Shown here piece after piece: positions 13,985 to 27,691 of a stretch of DNA of 64,000 bases. Positions within the stretch are counted from its first letter, which is position 1, and every line of letters begins with the position of its first letter. Origin of the DNA: Eledone cirrhosa (Eukaryota); contig OZ024754.1 of assembly GCA_964016885.1 (NCBI GenBank), forward strand, positions 682,001-746,000. The letters are read 5' to 3'. The notes under the pieces are model-generated. The model ran no database searches. It saw only the letters and a list, made by a program, of their open reading frames with translations, and was not told the DNA's origin. Made by a program: the position numbers and the translations under genes.

Positions 13985-16900
13985 TGATAACTGTATATAT
14001 ATATATATATACACACACACACAGATACATATATGCATATATATGTATATATACATATGATGATGATATGCATATATATATATGTATATATACATATATA
14101 TATTTATCATGATGTACATATGATATTTATTATTAATGAATTTTTTTTTAAAGCCTGCTGATGCTGAACAAATGGCCTTAATCAGTGTTGAGCTGGGATC
14201 AAAGTTTTTATTCACTGTTGGTTTTCATACCAAGAAGTCTTTACGGTGAGAAAAATGACTAATTTTTTTCTCCATCATCATCATCATCATCACCGTTTTA
14301 CGTCCGTTCTTCCACGCTAGCATGGGTTAGACGGGTTGTCCTGTTGTGGGCAGTGTCTGGTCGGCTGACCATGCCTTGCTCATACAGGAACTGATCTGGC
14401 TTGATTTCTACAGCTGGATGCCCTTCCTAACACCAACCTCATTTACAGTGAGTGCTGGGTGCTTTTTCGTGGCGCCTACACGTCCACTTTACAGTGTGGG
14501 CTGGGTGCTTTTTTGCCGTGGCACCTCCACGACCACCTTGCGGTGGGGGTGGGGGGCATATTGTTTATATGCTTCGGCATGTACCCATGGGAGGTCGGGT
14601 ACCCTGTATTACTGCGTGACGCCAGAAGTCACGGTCGTGTGTCATTGACTTTGAGAGGTGTAGTTGGGTAAGGTCGGCTTTTATCACCTCATCCCAAGTC
14701 ATCTTGGGTCTCCCCACTCCGCGGTTTCCATCAACTTCTAGTGCTCTGCACCTTTTTATGCAGCTGTCATCCTTCATACGCATCACATGTCCATACCAGC
14801 GTAACCGCCTCTCCTGCACGCAGCATTTGATTCCTCTTATGCTCAGTCTCTCTCTCAATTCATTTATGCTTTGTCGTTCACGTATATTACTGTTACACAT
14901 CCATCGGAGCATGCAGGCTTCGTTTCTCTCTAATCTACGTAAGTCTTCCACCTTCAGCGCCCAGGTCTCACTACCATGCAACATCGCTGTTCGGATACAC
15001 GCATCATACAGTCTGCCTTTCATTCTGAGGGAGAAGCCTTTTGCAGCTAGCAGTGGTAGTAGTTCCCTAAACTTCTTCCATCCCGTTCTTACCCTAGTTA
15101 TTGTACTTTCTGAGCACCCACCTCCGTTGCTAATTCGGTCACCTAGGTAGCAGAAGCTGTCTACTGTTTCTACAGGGCCCTCCCAGAGATTGGTGGTACT
15201 TGTTTCCTGTGGCTGTTTGCTTGCTGTTTCAGCACAGCTGCTGCATGTGAATCCTACATTCTTAATTAAGCTTCCTGAGATCCCGCTACATCTCTTGTGT
15301 ACCCATTGTTTGCATTTGGGGCAAAGAATGGAGTTCCTACCTACACCTTTCCTACATACTGAGCAAGGCCATTTCCCTGAGGGGATCTGGGTTCTGTTTT
15401 CTCGTCTACTTATAAGGACCTTAGTCTTTGTCATGTTGACTTTGAGGCCCTTTCTCTCTAGTCCCTGCTTCCAGGTTTGGAATTTATTCTCTAGTTCTAC
15501 CATAGATTCAGCTATGAGTGCGAGGTCATCAGCATACAGGAGTTCCCATGGGCATCCGGTCTTAAACTCCTCCGTTATTGCCTGCAGGACTATGATGAAC
15601 AGGAGAGGGCTAAGAACAGAGCCCTGGTGGACCCCAACCTGTACGCTAAATTCCTCGCTATACTCATTGCCAATCCTAACTTTGCTGACTGCTCCCCTAT
15701 ACATGGCTTGTACCGCTTTCACAAGCCATTCATCTACTCCTAGTTTTCTAAGAGCCCACCAGATTACTGCACGTGGAACTCTGTCAAAGGCTTTCTCAAG
15801 GTCGACAAATGCCAAGTAGAGTGGCTTACTTTTAGCTAGGTACTTTTCCTGTAATTGCCTCACAAGGAAGAGCGCATCAGTGGTGCCTTTCCCTGGTACA
15901 AACCCAAATTGCATCTCGTCTATATTCACCCGGTCCCTAATCAGCTGTGCTATAACTCTTTCTGTTACTTTCATGACCTGGTCCATCAACTTTATACCTC
16001 TATAGTTTCCTCTATCTAGTGCATCGCCTTTACCTTTGTAGCAGTTGACAATGATGCTACTGCACCAATCTTTTGGTATGGCCCCCTCTAGTATTACCTG
16101 GTTAACGATACGTGTGGTTATAGTGTGACCTACAGACCCAGATGCCTTCAGCATCTCGGCAGCTATACCCGATGGACCGGTTGCCTTCCCTATCTTCATA
16201 TCTCCATATATTTTATATTTATTTTCTATAGTTGAAATGGTTTGTGGAGTAATTGTTTGTTTATGTTATGTGGAGGAAGGCATGTCTGAGTGATTAACTA
16301 GTTCACTTCACAATCACAAGTTCTTGGGTTCAATCATATTTCATAGCATGATTTTTATTTCTTAATCTGTTGCTCTTAGAGGATTAACAAAGTCATATAT
16401 TCTTCTTTGTGTACTGTATCTGTTTAGAATAGCTACATCATTTCTCTACATGCTCTATCAGCAAATAAAAGGGTTCACAACAAGAAAGGCATCTGGCTGT
16501 AGGACGTTACCTCAAAAGGAATCCCTTGATGAGTATGAGGCCTATGATAGGGCCTGCAGGCCTAATCCTTGCTTTGGTGGGGAAAATGGCCTTAAAATAC
16601 TTGTATATATTGTTCCTCGTCATAATGTCAGCAACAGTTATGGTTGATATTCCTGAAGAATTGCTTTTGAATATGGTGAAAGTAGTTGATAAATGATGAT
16701 CGTTGCAGATAATTGGAGAAAAGGATCTGTATTAATTTTGTGATAAAAATGCCATAGTTTACTTCCGTTCAAAATTGGATTTCTTCTGAAGTGACTGGAT
16801 ATATTTTCAAAACAATACATTGGTTTTAGATTAAATAAACTTTCACTAGAAATATTTACAGAAAATTATATTTTTTTTTTATTGTGTTTCTCAACTTGAG

Positions 16901-19900
16901 GGATTTTAGAATATTTGAATGGTAAAGTGGTTTACTGTATGTAGCTTTATGCAGTAAGTCAGTTGCGATCTGAAGTATATAAACAAAATCAATGTCTTAT
17001 TTCTGAACTTTAATCCTTTTGTACCAACTTGCCTGAAACCATGGCTGGTTCTATAATGTGAAACTGTTCATTTTAAAGTGTTCATATTTATACATTAAAA
17101 CATTCCAAAATTATTTTATGGTGTAAACCTTTTTCTTCTGAACACCAGCTTAGTATTGAAAATAATATTTTACTAAAATTCCTTAATTTTTCAAAATTAA
17201 ATGAAAACATTGACAGTGTATTTCATTAGAAATATGGCAACGAAAGTGTTAACCTGTAGTGATTAAATCCATAATGAGTAAGCAAGAATATTCCTTATTA
17301 TACATAATATTAAAATTTTCTTGCTTTAGTTAGTTTTTAATGAGAAATTAATGTTTTGTGACTTTATTAATTGCAGAGGTCCAGCCAATGAATGGTATGA
17401 TGCATTGTGCATCCATATGAGAAACAGTAAAACTGTGCGCAGCTGGTTTGTACACAATGTTTTATTTGCTCATACCAATCGTTTTGCAGAATACCTTTTA
17501 GAATGCCCCACTTCAGAGGTGAGTTCTGGAATTAACAGACTCTGTCTATTTTTAGTTATTTTGCATATTTTATACTTATTTTTCTTGTGACTCTACATGA
17601 GTAATACCCCCCCCCCCCCACACACACTTTTTACATTGTCAACCCCTTCATGGAATCCTCGACTCCTCATCAATTCCAGGCATGTATAAAAATGAGTAAA
17701 TGAATATATCAGTAAAGGGAATATAATATAGACAAATGCTAATTATATATGAATGAACAGAAGCCTGTATAAGTTGTCTATATTGTATTGTTTTATTTCT
17801 TATACAAATCTCAAGTTTTAGCCTGAAAGTTCTATTCCCCTGAGGAACATAGTGATTTTTAACTTCATTTATCTCATGAATCTATCTTATACAATTATTA
17901 GAATTTTGTGAAGTATTTTACTGAATAAACATTAGATAAGTTATTTTATGGAATAGTTGTTTCAAGGATGAAAGGCAAAGTTAACCTCGGGGAGTTCAAA
18001 TCTCGCCGAAGGTTAACTTTGCCTTTCATCCTTACGGGGTCGATAAAATAAAGTACCAGTAATACACTGGGATAATTGCTGGCCTTGTGCCAAAAGTAGA
18101 AACAATTATTTAGAATAGGTAGACCATATCCTTGGATGTCATAAGAGGCAACTAAAAAGGTTAGCATCAGAAAAAGTATTTGGCCTTAAAACCTTCCCTC
18201 ATAATGAGTATGGAGCAAAGGAAAATGACCTTAAAATTCTTGCTGGTAACGCTGAAATTTTCTCTCATTAAGGATAGTTTTCAATTTTGAAATAAGCTTA
18301 ACTATATAATACTTGTGATAAGGAGTTGCTTAGCTGTGTTATCTTTTTAAATATTACAATGTTTAAAACTGTTATTTTTTCATTTATTTAAATATTTAAA
18401 TTAGAAAAAAAAAAGAATTGTATTTTACATTTTGTTTTAAATCAATTTGAGCAGAAAAAATTGATAAATAATTGTAACTGATATTTTCTTTTCAGGTTCG
18501 AGGAGCATTTGCAAAAATGCTGGTTTTTCTTGCTCATTATACCTTACAAGATGGACCATGTCCTTCTCCATTTATTCAGGGTAAGTTTATCATTTTAATA
18601 ACAAATTCACTCTGCCTTTCTTCTCATGACCTGTTTAAAACCTTTTGATATCAAACCACCTGAAACCACCTGTAGTGTCTATGATACAAACATGTTTGCT
18701 TTAAAGTTATATTTTATGTAAGAACATGTTATGTTCTGAACATGATTCTATTGACCCCACCACTTGACTGCTATTTTATTTTATCAACCCTGGAAAGATG
18801 AAAGGGAAATTTGAACTCAGAATGTAAAGTTCAAATCCTGCCAGAGTCAACTTTGCCTTTCATCCTTCTGAGGTCAATAACATAAAGTACCAGTCAAGTA
18901 CTAGGGTTGATAAAACCAACTTCCCCTAACTCTAAATTGCTGGCCTTGTGCCAAAATTGGAGATCATTTAAGTGTAGTGTTTTGACCATGCTGTTAGAGC
19001 ATCAAAAAAAATACTTTGTAGCATTTAGTTAGACCCAAGTTTAAATCCTGCCCAGTTCACTTTTGCCTTTCGTCCTTCTAGAGTTGATAAAGTACCAGTG
19101 AAGTAATGGGGTTGATTTAATCAACTTTATCCTACTCCAGAATGGTCTTGTGCCAATGTTAGAAAAAATTATTAAAGGTGTTTAGGAAGGGCATCTAGCC
19201 AGAGAAAACTTGTGAAACAAAGAGTTAAGAGGACTCTTCAGTCATATTAAAAAGATGACACTCTCCAGTGCTGGTGTTATGGTAACATGTACTCAGTACA
19301 CTTTGTAGAGTCTGGGAACATATGTGAGATGCAGCTCCCAGCCAGTAAGTACTGACTTGGTCTCTAATGATCTGTTTAAACCTTGCTAGTTACATTTGAT
19401 ATGTTTCTATCTACTACACAAGAAATGGGAAAAAAATATGACATGTTTTCTGAAATATGCAAAATAAAAAAATGTTCTTTTGATTCTAAATTGGCTCTGA
19501 TTCTGTGATACAAATCTGTTTATTTTAAAGTAAAACCTTCCATCATAATTTTATGTTAGAACTTTTTAGTACATTATCTTCCAAATACTAAGTAAATGGA
19601 GAGAAAATTATTTTATTAAATCTATCCAAATTCTTGATCATTTTCAAAATTTATTGGCAGAAATGACAAAGGACCATGAGGATTGGCATCATTCAAAATG
19701 TGAATATCTTTTCTGTTCCCCACCACCACCATCTCTGTACAACAGGGAGATAGTTTCGTCTCTGAGAAAATTCAATAAATTATTTGAAAATATTAAATGT
19801 TACTTCAAAAAGAAATTGTTTTTTTTTTGTTCTTTGTCAAAACTATAAACTTATGTTTGTATGATTCCAGTTGGCCAAGCAACTGATCCTAATGCAACAC

Positions 19901-22900
19901 TTAGTGATCACTTGTTGACAGAGATCCTGAACCTGCTGAAAAAGGAAGTGTCTGAGCATGGAAGGTACCTGCAACAGTATTTTAATCTCTTTCTCCTCTA
20001 CTCCAATCTTGGCACAGAAGAAGTAAGTATAGTATATATCTCTATATATATAAAATTCTTTGTCTGTCAGTTCCTATGTATTTTCTAACGGCTAGACCAA
20101 ATCAAATCAAATGTTATAAGGTATTTTGTAATAGTATTAGACTCCGGGAGTGTCAACATGTAATTTTTATTTTCATTTTGATTAAAACAATATAACAATT
20201 TACCTAAAATAATTTTTCTATAGTAGTCAACTATAGTAAAGGACATTTTATACCACCACCATGATGATGACGACATCGCATTTTGTATATGAGTGCGTAT
20301 ATGTCTTTGAGTGTGTTTGTGCGTTTGTTACGTACGTAGGCCTCAGAATTAAACACGCATATCTACACATACATACACATAATGTGTGTGAGTGTATATG
20401 AGTGTAGACGTCACATTTCGTATGTGTATGTGTCTGTCTTATTATATGTATGTGAATGTATGTTAGTGTGTGTGAGTGAGTATATGAGTTGACTGACAAT
20501 GATATTTTCTTTAGTCAACTTTAGTAAACGACGGCGACGACAATGTCACATTTTGTATATGAATGTATGTGTTTGTGGGTTTGTTACGTATGTTAGGCCT
20601 CAGAGAATTAAACACACACATGTAGCCTTAGTAAGTTGCATACACATTATCTTCACATACAGACAATTAAACACACACACATTTACACATACAGATACAA
20701 TATGTGATGACAGACAGGTGTGCGTGAATGTATGACTCGGTGTGTCTGTCTTGGTATATGTATGTGAGTGTGTGTGTGTGTAGCAACAATTTATTCATTT
20801 GGACACCAACCAAAAAATTACACAATGAATATTATTTAGCCTAAGGTGCTTCAAGATTGACAGATTTTCATTTCTAAATTCTATTATTACAATTTTGACA
20901 CTTTAAAAATAAAATATAGATATTTTGAAATAATTATGAGAAAAAAAAACATATCTTTATATTTATTGTTTACTAATCTGAATAAGAACAGCAGTAACTT
21001 GGGCAACGCCGGGTAATTCAGCTAGTTTTATATATAGTATATATTAGTGTTGTGGATTGGTAGAGTTGTTAGTGTATCAGACAAAATGCTTTGCTGTAAT
21101 TGTTCTTGCTCTTTACATATAAAAGTACTGGGGTGGGTTAATCGACTTTCCCTTTCCTCCCAAGTTGTTGGCCATATTCCTAAATTAGAAATCTTATGTA
21201 TTATGTGTCTCTGTGTCCCTGTCCATCTGGTTTAGAATAGATACACTGTATCCTTGTGTCATAAGAAGCAACTAAAAGGGTTGTTGTCAGGAAGAGCATC
21301 CTTGCAGTAAAACATTGCCCTAAAAAATTATATCCAGCCCATGTAAATTATTCCCGAGAAATACTAGTTCTATGAGTTGATCTAAAGAATTGTATGAAAG
21401 ACTATGGATTTCATGTGAAAAAACTTGATGCTATTTGATTCTCATTCATCTGATTGCAGAAGCAACAGCTGTTGAGGTTAAATGTTCCTGCTCAGTTCAT
21501 GTTGGTGGCTCTTGACGAAGGCCCAGGACCTGCCATCAAGTACCAGTATGCTGATCTGAGTAAACTTTTCTCTGTTGTTTCTCACCTAACGCGTTGCTGT
21601 GATGTGTCAGCCAAATGTCAGTCATCAGTCAATGTAAGTACCAACAATTATAGTTTTTAACATATTTTATTATCAGAGTTGTTAGAACATCAGATTGAAT
21701 ATCACAATAGTTGTTCCAACTCTTTGCACTCTGAATTCAAATCCCACCAATACCAATTCAGAGGCAGTGGATTATTTGAATTGTTAAAGGGTTGGAGAGG
21801 ATCCTTTATGCTATTTTATCCACCTTTATGCATTCTCAGTTCAAATCCTGCCTCCTCTGCCAGGAGTTATGGCTGGCAGATATCAGCAATGGAAACTGTT
21901 TCCATGGTCTAATCTGATGATTGGCTTGCTTTTTCAGTGTCTATCTGTTCTTTCTCCAGGTTTCTAAAAATGATTGTATAAAAAAGAATACTAATTTCAT
22001 TCTACAAATCTACAATTGGGAGTTCTTTCTTTCTCAAATCAAATTTGACTTTGATAAACTTTATTTTCTTGAGGTTTTAGGTCCACAAACACCAGAGAAC
22101 TAAGATTCAATGGTTTGTCAACATTAATAATTCATCAGACTTGATAATAATTTATCAAAACTGTGTTGTCATGAAACCTTTTAGCCAAAAGATTAAAACT
22201 GTGGGCCATAAGACCATGAAGCTTTTTTATAGTTATGTTGTGCACCTGAGCCAGCTAGACTATTCTGCTTGATTCTTGTCTATGTGATTTCCTGAGATAC
22301 CAAACCTATTTCATGGAAATGTTTAGATGAAAAATAAAATTATCGCCATACACATTTGCAGAAATGATACTGGTAGGTGAAAGAAACATTAGTGTAAAAT
22401 ATGTATATAATTTTTCTACACCACTTTGTAGTATGACTTTAAATTCTTATAGCAACTTTTTAGTGGACTGATATTATTGACCAGTTTTTATTTGATGTTA
22501 TATTACAGGGTTCAACTCCTCTAGCCAATCCACATGGTGATTCTACATGTTGTGCCACACTCATGCCTATTCAAACTCAGGTAGCTGATATATTGTATAA
22601 CAGATCCAGCTATGTTAAAAAGGTTATTGAGGATTGTAATAACTCTGAGGATACGACAAAGTTACTAAGGGTGAGTGAGATTTTTGTTTCTACTATATTT
22701 TGTATGTTAAATTAGGATGTTGATGAGTATTTCTGTATGTATATATATTTATATACACCTCCATTGTGTGAGACATGATATATTGGATCTCCATTTGATT
22801 AAATAGTTATTGTTGAATTAGAAAAAAAAAATGAGGAATGGTAGTTAGACATAGTAGTGTGGTTAAGAAGTTCCTTTTGCAACTACTTGGTTTTGGGTTC

Positions 22901-25900
22901 AGTCACACTGCATGGCACCTTGGCCAAGTGTCTAACCAATGCCTTGTAATTGGAATTTGGCAGACGAAAATACAGAAGGTGATTGTATGTCTGTGTGTTA
23001 AATCTCTCTCCATATATATCTTAGCAATTTGATAGATAAAGATCAGTGGAATAAGTAACATATTTAAAAATTACTGAGGGCAGGCACAAATAAGGGTCAT
23101 GGTATAGTGCCTTAAAAAACGTCATCCAACCCATGTTAGCATGGAAAATTGGACATAAGCAATCGCGATCAAAGCTGGTGAAATATGTAACAAATAATTT
23201 AATTAGAAAAATAATAAAATGTGTAAAACATTTTTGGAAATATAAGTTTTTAATCTATTTTCTTGTGTGAGTGCCAAGATAAACTGATTAGTGCTGGTGC
23301 CAGAATAAAACCACCCTGTCCACACTGTAAAGTGGTAGAGTTGGGACAGGTGCTATAATAAAAAGCACACTGTGCACTCTGTAAAGTAACTGAATTAAGC
23401 AAGGCATCCAGCTGTAGAAACCATGCCAAAATTAGAAAATGAAAATGCATAATATTCTCAAACTATGATAGCCCATCCAATCTTTGCCTCCATAGAAAGT
23501 AGTAGAATTATTATGTTTCAGACTGAAAGTCTTTTGAAGTGCTTTTAATATATAAAATATTTTTTTATTTAGTTTATTAAATTTTATCTTTAACCCTTTA
23601 GTAAATATAGAGTAATGTAAATGCTACTGTATTTTTGTGGTAAAGGTTTTACCTCACATAATATTGAATCTATGAGATTTTGATATTATTTATTTTGAGA
23701 ACAATACCTTAACATAAGTATAAGTGACTGGTTACAGCCAGTTTGAACAGAAATAGGTGAGAGAATTCTGACTGGATTTGGCCTGTTTAAATGCTAAAGA
23801 GTTAAATTTCATCTTTAATTCCCTGTAAGCTTTTACTGATAATTAATTTAAAATATACTTTCTGTTTATAGTTTTGCAGTTGGGAAAATCCTCATTTCTC
23901 CTCAACAGTCTTGAGTGAACTGTTATGGCAGGTAAGAGCGGTTCTTTACATAAGTATTTTATATATTTATACAATTGATTTTTATTTATAAGTAGCGACA
24001 TGTAAGTGTATGTAACTGTTGTTTGTTTTGTTGTTTTATTCATTTGGTAAATATAAGCAGTAACATGAAACATTTTGTGCACTCAGTAATTTCTTTTATG
24101 CATTGGCTGCACATGTGCACTGGCTTATGTGCACAACTTAGAGCAATTTTGTGATGCTTTCAGTTTAAAAAATGTGATTGTTGTGATTAACAATAGCTTG
24201 TTAACCCTTTAGCATTTACTATTATATTTTCACGGTAAAGGCCTTATCTTACATAATTATCTCACATAATATTGAATCTATGAGATTTTGATATTTAGTT
24301 TGAGAACAATACCTTAACATAAGTATGAGTGGCCAGTTACAGCCAGTTTGAACAGAAATAGGTGAGAGAATTCTGGCGGGATACGGCTTGTTTAACCCTT
24401 TAGCATTCTCATTATTTTATATATACTATTATATTTTCATGGTAAAGGCTTTACCTCACATAATTATCTCACATAATATCGAATCTATGAGATTTTGAAA
24501 GTATTTATTTTGAGAACAATACCATATCAGTTTGAGCGACCAGTTACAGCCAGTTTCAACAGAAAGAGGTAGAGAATTCTGGCCGTATTTGGCCGGTTTG
24601 AACACTAAAGGGTTAAATGCTAAAGGGTTAAACACTTGAAAGCAGCCCACATCTCAGGCTTTCTCTGTCCTGGAACTACACTATTTCATAATTGTGTAAT
24701 CAGCAACACAATCTACAGATTTTACAGTAGAAAACATATTATTTAAAAATTGTTGATGAATTATATATTTTCTTTTCTAACAGGTGGCTTATTCTTACAC
24801 TTATGAATTGAAACCCTATCTGGAGCTTTTATTTCAAATGTTAATGCTTGATGATTCGTGGCAAAATCATCGAATTCACAATGCACTTAAAGGTAAATTA
24901 CTAGTGCCTAATAATTAGTTGTTTGTTACATTAGAAATTTGCTGTGTTTTTTTTTTATGACTTAATCAGGAAGTTGGGGTAGTGTACATGATCCTTTTTC
25001 AGGGCTTCCAATATTAGTAGGAGGAAGAGAGAGTATGGGAAGGTATATCTCAATGTAAAGACCCAGTCTGAATGTTTACAACATGGTGAACTCTGCTAAA
25101 GGTGCTCACAAGCTAGGTAATTGTGTTAAACTGAGTGGCATTTTAAGTCTACTGCCCAAGTAAGGCAATGATGGGATTTAAAATCAGAATGCAAAGAACT
25201 GGAACAAATATCACAAAGCATTTTAATGACCCCCACCAATTCATTGCCATACACTGCTATGGTTTTATCAAATTGTTTTAAACACCTTGTATAATCTCTT
25301 TAAAAAAAACAGCTTAGCATCATAGAAGCCGCGGCAATTTGGAGTCTCTAATATGTTCCTCATAATTTTATATCTAGCGATTCTGTCTTTATCTCCTCCT
25401 CCTCCTCTCTCTCTAAAATATATTTTTAAATTGAATCACTTGGTTTTTTAATACATTTGCAATTAAATTTTGATCCTACTGATGCATTTTAAATTTAAAC
25501 ATGTACCTGTACTAACTTGAACATTGTTCTGTCCTTAGGTATTCCTGATGATAGAGATGGTTTATTTGATACTATTCAACGGTCTAAAAATCATTATCAA
25601 AAAAGGGCCTATCAATGCATAAAAATGATGGTGTTACTTTTTACACAGTAAGTTTTCAAAGAACTTTCTCTTTTGAAATTTTGTTTTGATTTGAAAAATA
25701 TGATTTCAACAAAGTTTTATGTGTTTTAATGAATATATTAATAGCTATACATGTACTATTTTCTGAATATATTGTTAGTGATTGTAGAACTATTCTTTGT
25801 TATAATTCTCTTCACAAAGAAAGACTAATATTGATGGTTATTGAGTAGCAGAAAGAGAAGAAAAAAAAAAGAATAGTATGATGGTCAGGCATTTTCCCAG

Positions 25901-27637
25901 GGGTATTTTTAGGCTCATCATCATTTAACATTTATTTTCCATGCTTGTGTGGGTTAGATGGTTGTCACATTCTAAGGTTAGAGTGGTCAGGGGATCATGT
26001 CTTGCTCGTACACTCCATTTTTGGCTTGGTTTCTACAGTTGGAGGCCCTTCCTAATGCTAATCATTTTACAGCATAATTGGGAGCATTTTATTGTAACTT
26101 TTACACATACCACTTTACAGTGTAAACTTGGTGCTTTTTTTTTTGAACCAGCACCACTGCCTTAACTGGGTGCTTTTATCAGGGCACCAGCACTACCATG
26201 TAAAATTACTTGACTGAGAATCAAACTTGTGTTATGGGTTTGACTCAAATGCTTGGCACCTTTTTATACAACTCTCACTCTTCTCTTACACATCACATGA
26301 CTATACCAGCACTTTTGCACACTACATTTAATTCCTCTTATTCCCAGTTTTTCTGTCAACTCACTTATGTTCTGATGTTCACATTTTATAAGGTGTACCA
26401 GGTGCATTTTCTAAAATCCACTTTGTAGCCTTCAACATCTCAAAATCATTTAGTAACTATGTAGAAAAACCTCACTCTTTCTTTTGAAGCAGTTTTCAAT
26501 ATGAGTTAAGTACCATTCATTGAGCTCCTTCATATATAAACAAAAAACACTATTTGGATTAGGTTGATAATGGAATATTGATGTTTTCTCTTACATCTAT
26601 GATTATTCAAATGGTTATGCCAGAAGTTTTACTAAGTACATGGGAGAGCCTTGAAAAGCATGTAGTCAATGATGCATGTTATATTTTATGTCAAGAATTA
26701 CATGGATAAAGAATCTCAAGAGACTAGGGTCAATAACTTTTTGTGCTCCCATTGAACTTTGTTGTGGCCAAGTTCATGTTTATAGAATAAATGGTACTGG
26801 AAGAGGAATTGTAATGTATGAAAGGGTGGAGTAAATTAATTGCTTAGAGGCTTGTGTATTCCTACTTGAAGTCTAATATCTTCATTGTCTTCTCTGTTTA
26901 TTTTTTTAGTTGTATCCCTGCAGCTCAGATGTTACAGAGTAATGGTGATTTGAAAAGGAAGTGGACTTGGGCAGTTGAGTGGCTTAGTGATGAGCTAGAG
27001 CGAGTAAGTTATTTCTATATTATTACTCTGCAAGAGATATCTGGTTGAAACTTGAGGGACAGAGCATGTTTCTGGGTTTCCTATGTCTTGTACTGTAAGT
27101 CACTTAATGTTACATGAAACCAATGAGCCTCTAGCTTTGAGAAAGACTTTAGCTTTGAATTGGATATTTTATAACCGGTTTATAATTCTATGTAGTATTT
27201 TGGTGAGGAAACGAAAGTTAGTCAGCTATATGATGTTTAATATAAACAATTTTATAGCTACATATGCCTTCATGTAGTGTAAAATATTAACCCTTTTGAT
27301 ACCAACATACTTAAAAACTGTATCTCATTTTATAATATGAAAACTCTAATTTTAAAGTATTCATATTTAACTTCAAACCTTCCATTGTAATTTTATATTC
27401 AAAATTAATTGAAACACAAATGCAGTTTATTTGATTAGAAATCTGGTCACAAAAGGGGGTTAGAATAATTTCCAGTTGTAAAGAATCTTGTTTTTTTAAA
27501 TATTGCTTATTACTGTTATGAAATCTGACTATTATGTTTTGTTTGCAGAGGCCTTATCCTGGTAATGCCCAGTATACTTATAATAATTGGTCACCTCCAG
27601 CTCAATCTAATGAAACCTCTAATGGGTAAGTGACATT

Positions 27638-27691
<54 letters not shown>

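Noticed and set aside
14704-15819. Plus-strand ORFs of 148 and 209 aa
   Set aside because: They are antisense shadows of the RTE RT frame.
23872-23880. Alternative acceptor ttttgcag 8 nt into exon 18
   Set aside because: It would frameshift; the upstream AG restores the conserved FCSWENP.
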